A DNA stretch of 64,000 nt from Rhizaria sp. SCN 62-66 (Eukaryota), in contig MEDY01000018.1 in assembly GCA_001724265.1 (NCBI GenBank), forward strand, positions 62,001-126,000, given 5' to 3'. Of this stretch, positions 60,732 through 64,000 are shown in pieces. The translations under genes were made by a program, and so were the position numbers. Each line of letters opens with the position of its first letter. The first letter of the stretch is position 1. The notes under the pieces were generated by a model. That model did no database searches, was not told the origin of the DNA, and saw nothing but the letters and a program-made list of their open reading frames with translations.

Positions 60732-61688
60732 ATGTTTGGCCGCATCTGCTGCCTTCCCCGCCTCGTCTACCGCACCATCGTTCTGCTCATCGCCGTCATC
60801 ATCATTCTCGTCGTCCTCGCGCACTTCAGGATCGTCAACTTAGGCAAGCTTACCCCGTCTAGTGGCACTACCGCGGCTGTTATCGGCGTTATTGAGGACA
60901 TTCCTGTTATCGGCAACTTGATCTCGACGACTGGCGACAGCAGCAAAGACAACTCAACCAGCAGTAGCAACGCTAGCTCCGCGACTGAGAACAGCAGCAG
61001 CAGCAGCAGCGGCAGCGGCAGCAGTATCAACAGCAGTAGCAGCAGCAACAGCGGCAATAACGCAAGCGGCAGTAGCGGCAATACCACTAACTCAAACTCT
61101 AACCTTGTTGCGTTAATCAACTCACTGCTTGCACCGGGCGCGACTAGTAGCGCAGCTTCAGCAGCAACAACACCTGCCGACAGTAACGCGAGCTCTAGTA
61201 CTACCACAAGTAGCGGCAGCAGCAGCGCAGCAGCACCCCCTGTCACAGCACCTGAATTGACGTCTCTGTTTCCGCTGCCGTCCCTGTTACCGACCGTCAC
61301 TGTCCCAAGCAGCACGAGCTCAAGCACGAGCTCGAGCAGTAACACAGAGGCTCCGAGTGCTCCACCTTCGACAAGTAGCACAAGCCCAAACGCTGGCTCT
61401 AGCTCCGGCTCCAGTAGCAGTACAAGCTCAAGCTTAAGCGGTACTGTGCTGCCTAGCTTGCCCGTCCCGCGCCTCCCGTTTCTTCCCTTTGGCGTCAGCT
61501 CGACTCCCGCCTGCAGGAGCAGTAGCGCGCAGTTCTGTCACAGCGGGCTCGGTAGCTTTGGCGCTCGCGCTCATATCTTTAGCGCAGTCAGCACGCTTAG
61601 CTACGTCGACTTGAGAATTCTTGCTCGGGACTCTGAGGAGGCGCTAACAAAAGCAGAGCGCGTGCAATCACTCTTCATTGCGGCGTAA
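60732..61688 (+). CDS. Hypothetical Ser/Thr/Asn-rich membrane-anchored or secreted protein; 3' end uncertain
   Basis: 318-aa ORF with an N-terminal hydrophobic helix (IVLLIAVIIILVVLAHF) followed by mucin-like low-complexity sequence. Confidence 0.55.
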   Translation: MFGRICCLPRLVYRTIVLLIAVIIILVVLAHFRIVNLGKLTPSSGTTAAVIGVIEDIPVIGNLISTTGDSSKDNSTSSSNASSATENSSSSSSGSGSSINSSSSSNSGNNASGSSGNTTNSNSNLVALINSLLAPGATSSAASAATTPADSNASSSTTTSSGSSSAAAPPVTAPELTSLFPLPSLLPTVTVPSSTSSSTSSSSNTEAPSAPPSTSSTSPNAGSSSGSSSSTSSSLSGTVLPSLPVPRLPFLPFGVSSTPACRSSSAQFCHSGLGSFGARAHIFSAVSTLSYVDLRILARDSEEALTKAERVQSLFIAA

Positions 61689-61729
61689 GCGTCTCGCTCT
61701 AAGTGTCAACTCAGTTGAGAATCGTAACG

Positions 61730-63849
61730 ATGAGCCAGAACTCCAGTAACAAGTCCAACAAAGGCACTAATACTGGTAACGTCGCAAATACCAGCGCAGG
61801 CGCGCGGGGTAGCTCGAACAACAGCGGCGATGGCAGCGCTGTCAATGGCACTAGTCGGAACACTGGTGATGAACAGCAAGTGAAGCTGTGTGAGAACCTT
61901 GCTCACAGTCACGCTGCCCACTGTCACTCAGGCAACGACGGCGGCCAGAGTCAAGGAGGGCCAAAGTTGCCACCGCCGTTACCGCCGCAGTACTTACAGG
62001 CTATGAGTAGCACTGAAGTTAAGCCGCGTGCCTTCTGCTTTCCCAGCACTTTGGCCGCGCAAGGGAACAGCAGCCAGAACAGCGCCGACGCAAGCGTGAA
62101 TGGTCTCGGCGCTGCGTCTGCTGGCGCTGCTGCAGCAACGTCACCGCCAGTTAGCAGTCTGACCATTGCGGCCAATACCGGCGCTGGTAACGCAAGCCGG
62201 CAAGTGAACGTACACGCAACTCCTGCAGTCAGGTTCCGTCCGGCTAACGCCAAGAACGGGACTAGTTCGAACGGCAACGCTGCCAATGGCTCAACAACAG
62301 CAGCACCTGTAACAGACAGCGGCGCCAACGGTGTGTTGCACTCTGGTTTTGTTCCCTTGCTTGCTGAAGCAACAATCTACGGTCCGTCGACGAGCTTTCC
62401 GCCGCTGGCACAGACCGCGAGTGCTGTGTCGATGACGCAGAGCAGCGCGGTTGCACCACTAGCTATGGGAACTGAGAAGCTCATTGGTCCGTACCCCTTA
62501 GTCGCCGAGGTACTTACGCGGTCTAAGTGGGAACACGCGAGCAACGCTGGCAACGACAAAAACAGTGAGCAAATGACTGTAAGCAGTCGTGACAGCGGCA
62601 ACCTTCATCATGTAACAAGCACAGCTTCGAGCAGTGCGAGTTTAAGTGTCAGTGTTGGAGGCAGCACTAATGTAGGCGCTGGCGTTATTACCGCTGCGGA
62701 GTGTGCGTGCTTTGAGCGGTCCGGCGCTGCCTCCATGTCCGTGGCGTTGGCCCTTATTAACAACCTCAACGTCAACGATGCCATCTTGAACAGCGTGGGC
62801 ACACAGGGCAACGCTGAGAGTGGGCCGAGTGTGAGCGCGGCGACAAGGCTTGCGACACAAGGCTACGATGGGTTTCAAGCTGCAGCGTTATCATTGGCCC
62901 CACAGCTTAACTTCGTGAACGCACCTCTTGCACAACAGCAAGCGTTTGTGATGCAACAGCAGCGCAACTTGACTGTTAACACGCCAACTGCTTGGCAATT
63001 TGTCGCGCCACAAGCAGGTTCTACAGTATATCCGACGGACTATGCTGCTCGGTACGCCGGCCTTTTACACCCTATTCATGTACTGTACTTCAAATTAAAC
63101 TCGCTTAATGAAGAAACAATGCCAGCGCGCTTGAAACTTTAGCTCACAACTGGTATCATGCTTTTGTACATTTTTGCAGATACTATGGGTACTCTGCAAT
63201 CCCGTCTTTAGCGCCCACTGCGTTTGCTCCGATACACTTGAGTGTTTACAATCCGGCCCGGTACAACGCGCTTGTGACGTACTTGCACCACGCGCGTCAC
63301 GCACACATACGGGGACATAAGGGCGGCTACACGCTAACGCATCCTAACTTTAGCAACGGCAACGACGGCAGCCTGTTCTCAAGTGCGTCTGCCACAAGCC
63401 ACAGCGCAGGCAACAGCAGCCAAGCATATGCTAGTAAAGTTGTTATGAGTGATAGCAGCGATCTTGACAATGCAGCGCGCGGCCACCAGAAAGTAGTGCA
63501 GAACAAGAAGCAGCAACTCCGCGGCGATCCAAGCGCAAGTTCTATTGGCAATCTCAAGCTCGCACGTGTTCGTAATACTGCTGGCTCCAATGGGCAAGAC
63601 TACAAAGAGGCGCTCTACGACAGCCATTGCAGCGCAGCTGTAATCAACCGCAAGCACGGAGCAGTTGCTTCAGCCAGTTCAACGGCAGCGACCTGTGCAG
63701 CAACTGAGAATAGTGCCTGCGACCTAGCGCCGCTGCTAAAGAGCAGTATTGCCGAAGCTGTTGCTGACGCTGTTGCCCCGTTGGCTATTCCAGTCGCTCC
63801 TGAGCTTGACCTGTTTACGCTGCTCGACTATCTCTACGATGGTCCACAG
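61730..63849 (+). CDS. Hypothetical low-complexity protein, possibly with a BTB-like segment; 3' partial. Exons 61730-63051 and 63180-63849, then an intron
   Basis: Long ORF joined in phase by a GTACGC...CAG intron (63052-63179). The exon ends LFTLLDYLYDGPQ|GTATGT, which resembles the BTB motif F..LL.YLY.G. The start is uncertain. Confidence 0.55.
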
Positions 63850-64000
63850 GTATGTGAGAAATTGACTGAGTTTTATTGATATATCACCAATTGACTCTTT
63901 AAATTGTGTGCTTTTTGATTCCATAAGAGAATCTGGCTTTATTTTGCAAGATGTACGGACGTACACTTTAAAAAACTCTCATGCGTACTCTGGACTTTTG

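Noticed and set aside
63140-63142. ORF-track stops at TAG (196, 44304, 59603, 63142) as evidence that TAG terminates genes
   Set aside because: These all fall inside modelled introns (the one at 196 is the splice acceptor), so none is a real gene end.

Overview
Gene-dense nuclear DNA from a eukaryote, probably an aerobic protist. It has GC-rich exons, AT-rich GT-AG introns of about 100-250 nt, and many poly-Ala/Ser/Asn/Asp insertions. About 16 protein genes can be modelled: a myristoylated EF-hand protein (partial), a stand-alone LolD-type ABC ATPase, a USP deubiquitinase, a mitochondrial carrier, a giant F-box/WD40 protein, a Zn-dependent alcohol dehydrogenase, an Asteroid-like PIN nuclease, Trm8/METTL1, a membrane-anchored purple acid phosphatase, EndoU, mitoribosomal L27, UMP synthase, a giant degenerate FolC/FPGS-like protein, an NDUFA12/NDUFAF2-family protein and two low-complexity unknowns. 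The main result is that the nuclear genetic code appears to be non-standard. Eleven in-frame TAG codons interrupt otherwise intact genes, including two inside the UMPS decarboxylase domain and one between the USP Cys and His boxes. I found no in-frame TAA/TGA and no frameshift within modelled exons, and all 13 confidently placed gene ends are TAA (7) or TGA (6). UAG therefore appears to be a sense codon, most likely Gln, while UAA remains a stop. Secondary findings are a 5' splice-site consensus of GTACGY (C at +4 in 17 of 18 donors) and a ~3200-aa mitochondrial FolC-like pseudoenzyme. All family assignments are by-eye motif recognition; no database searches were run.
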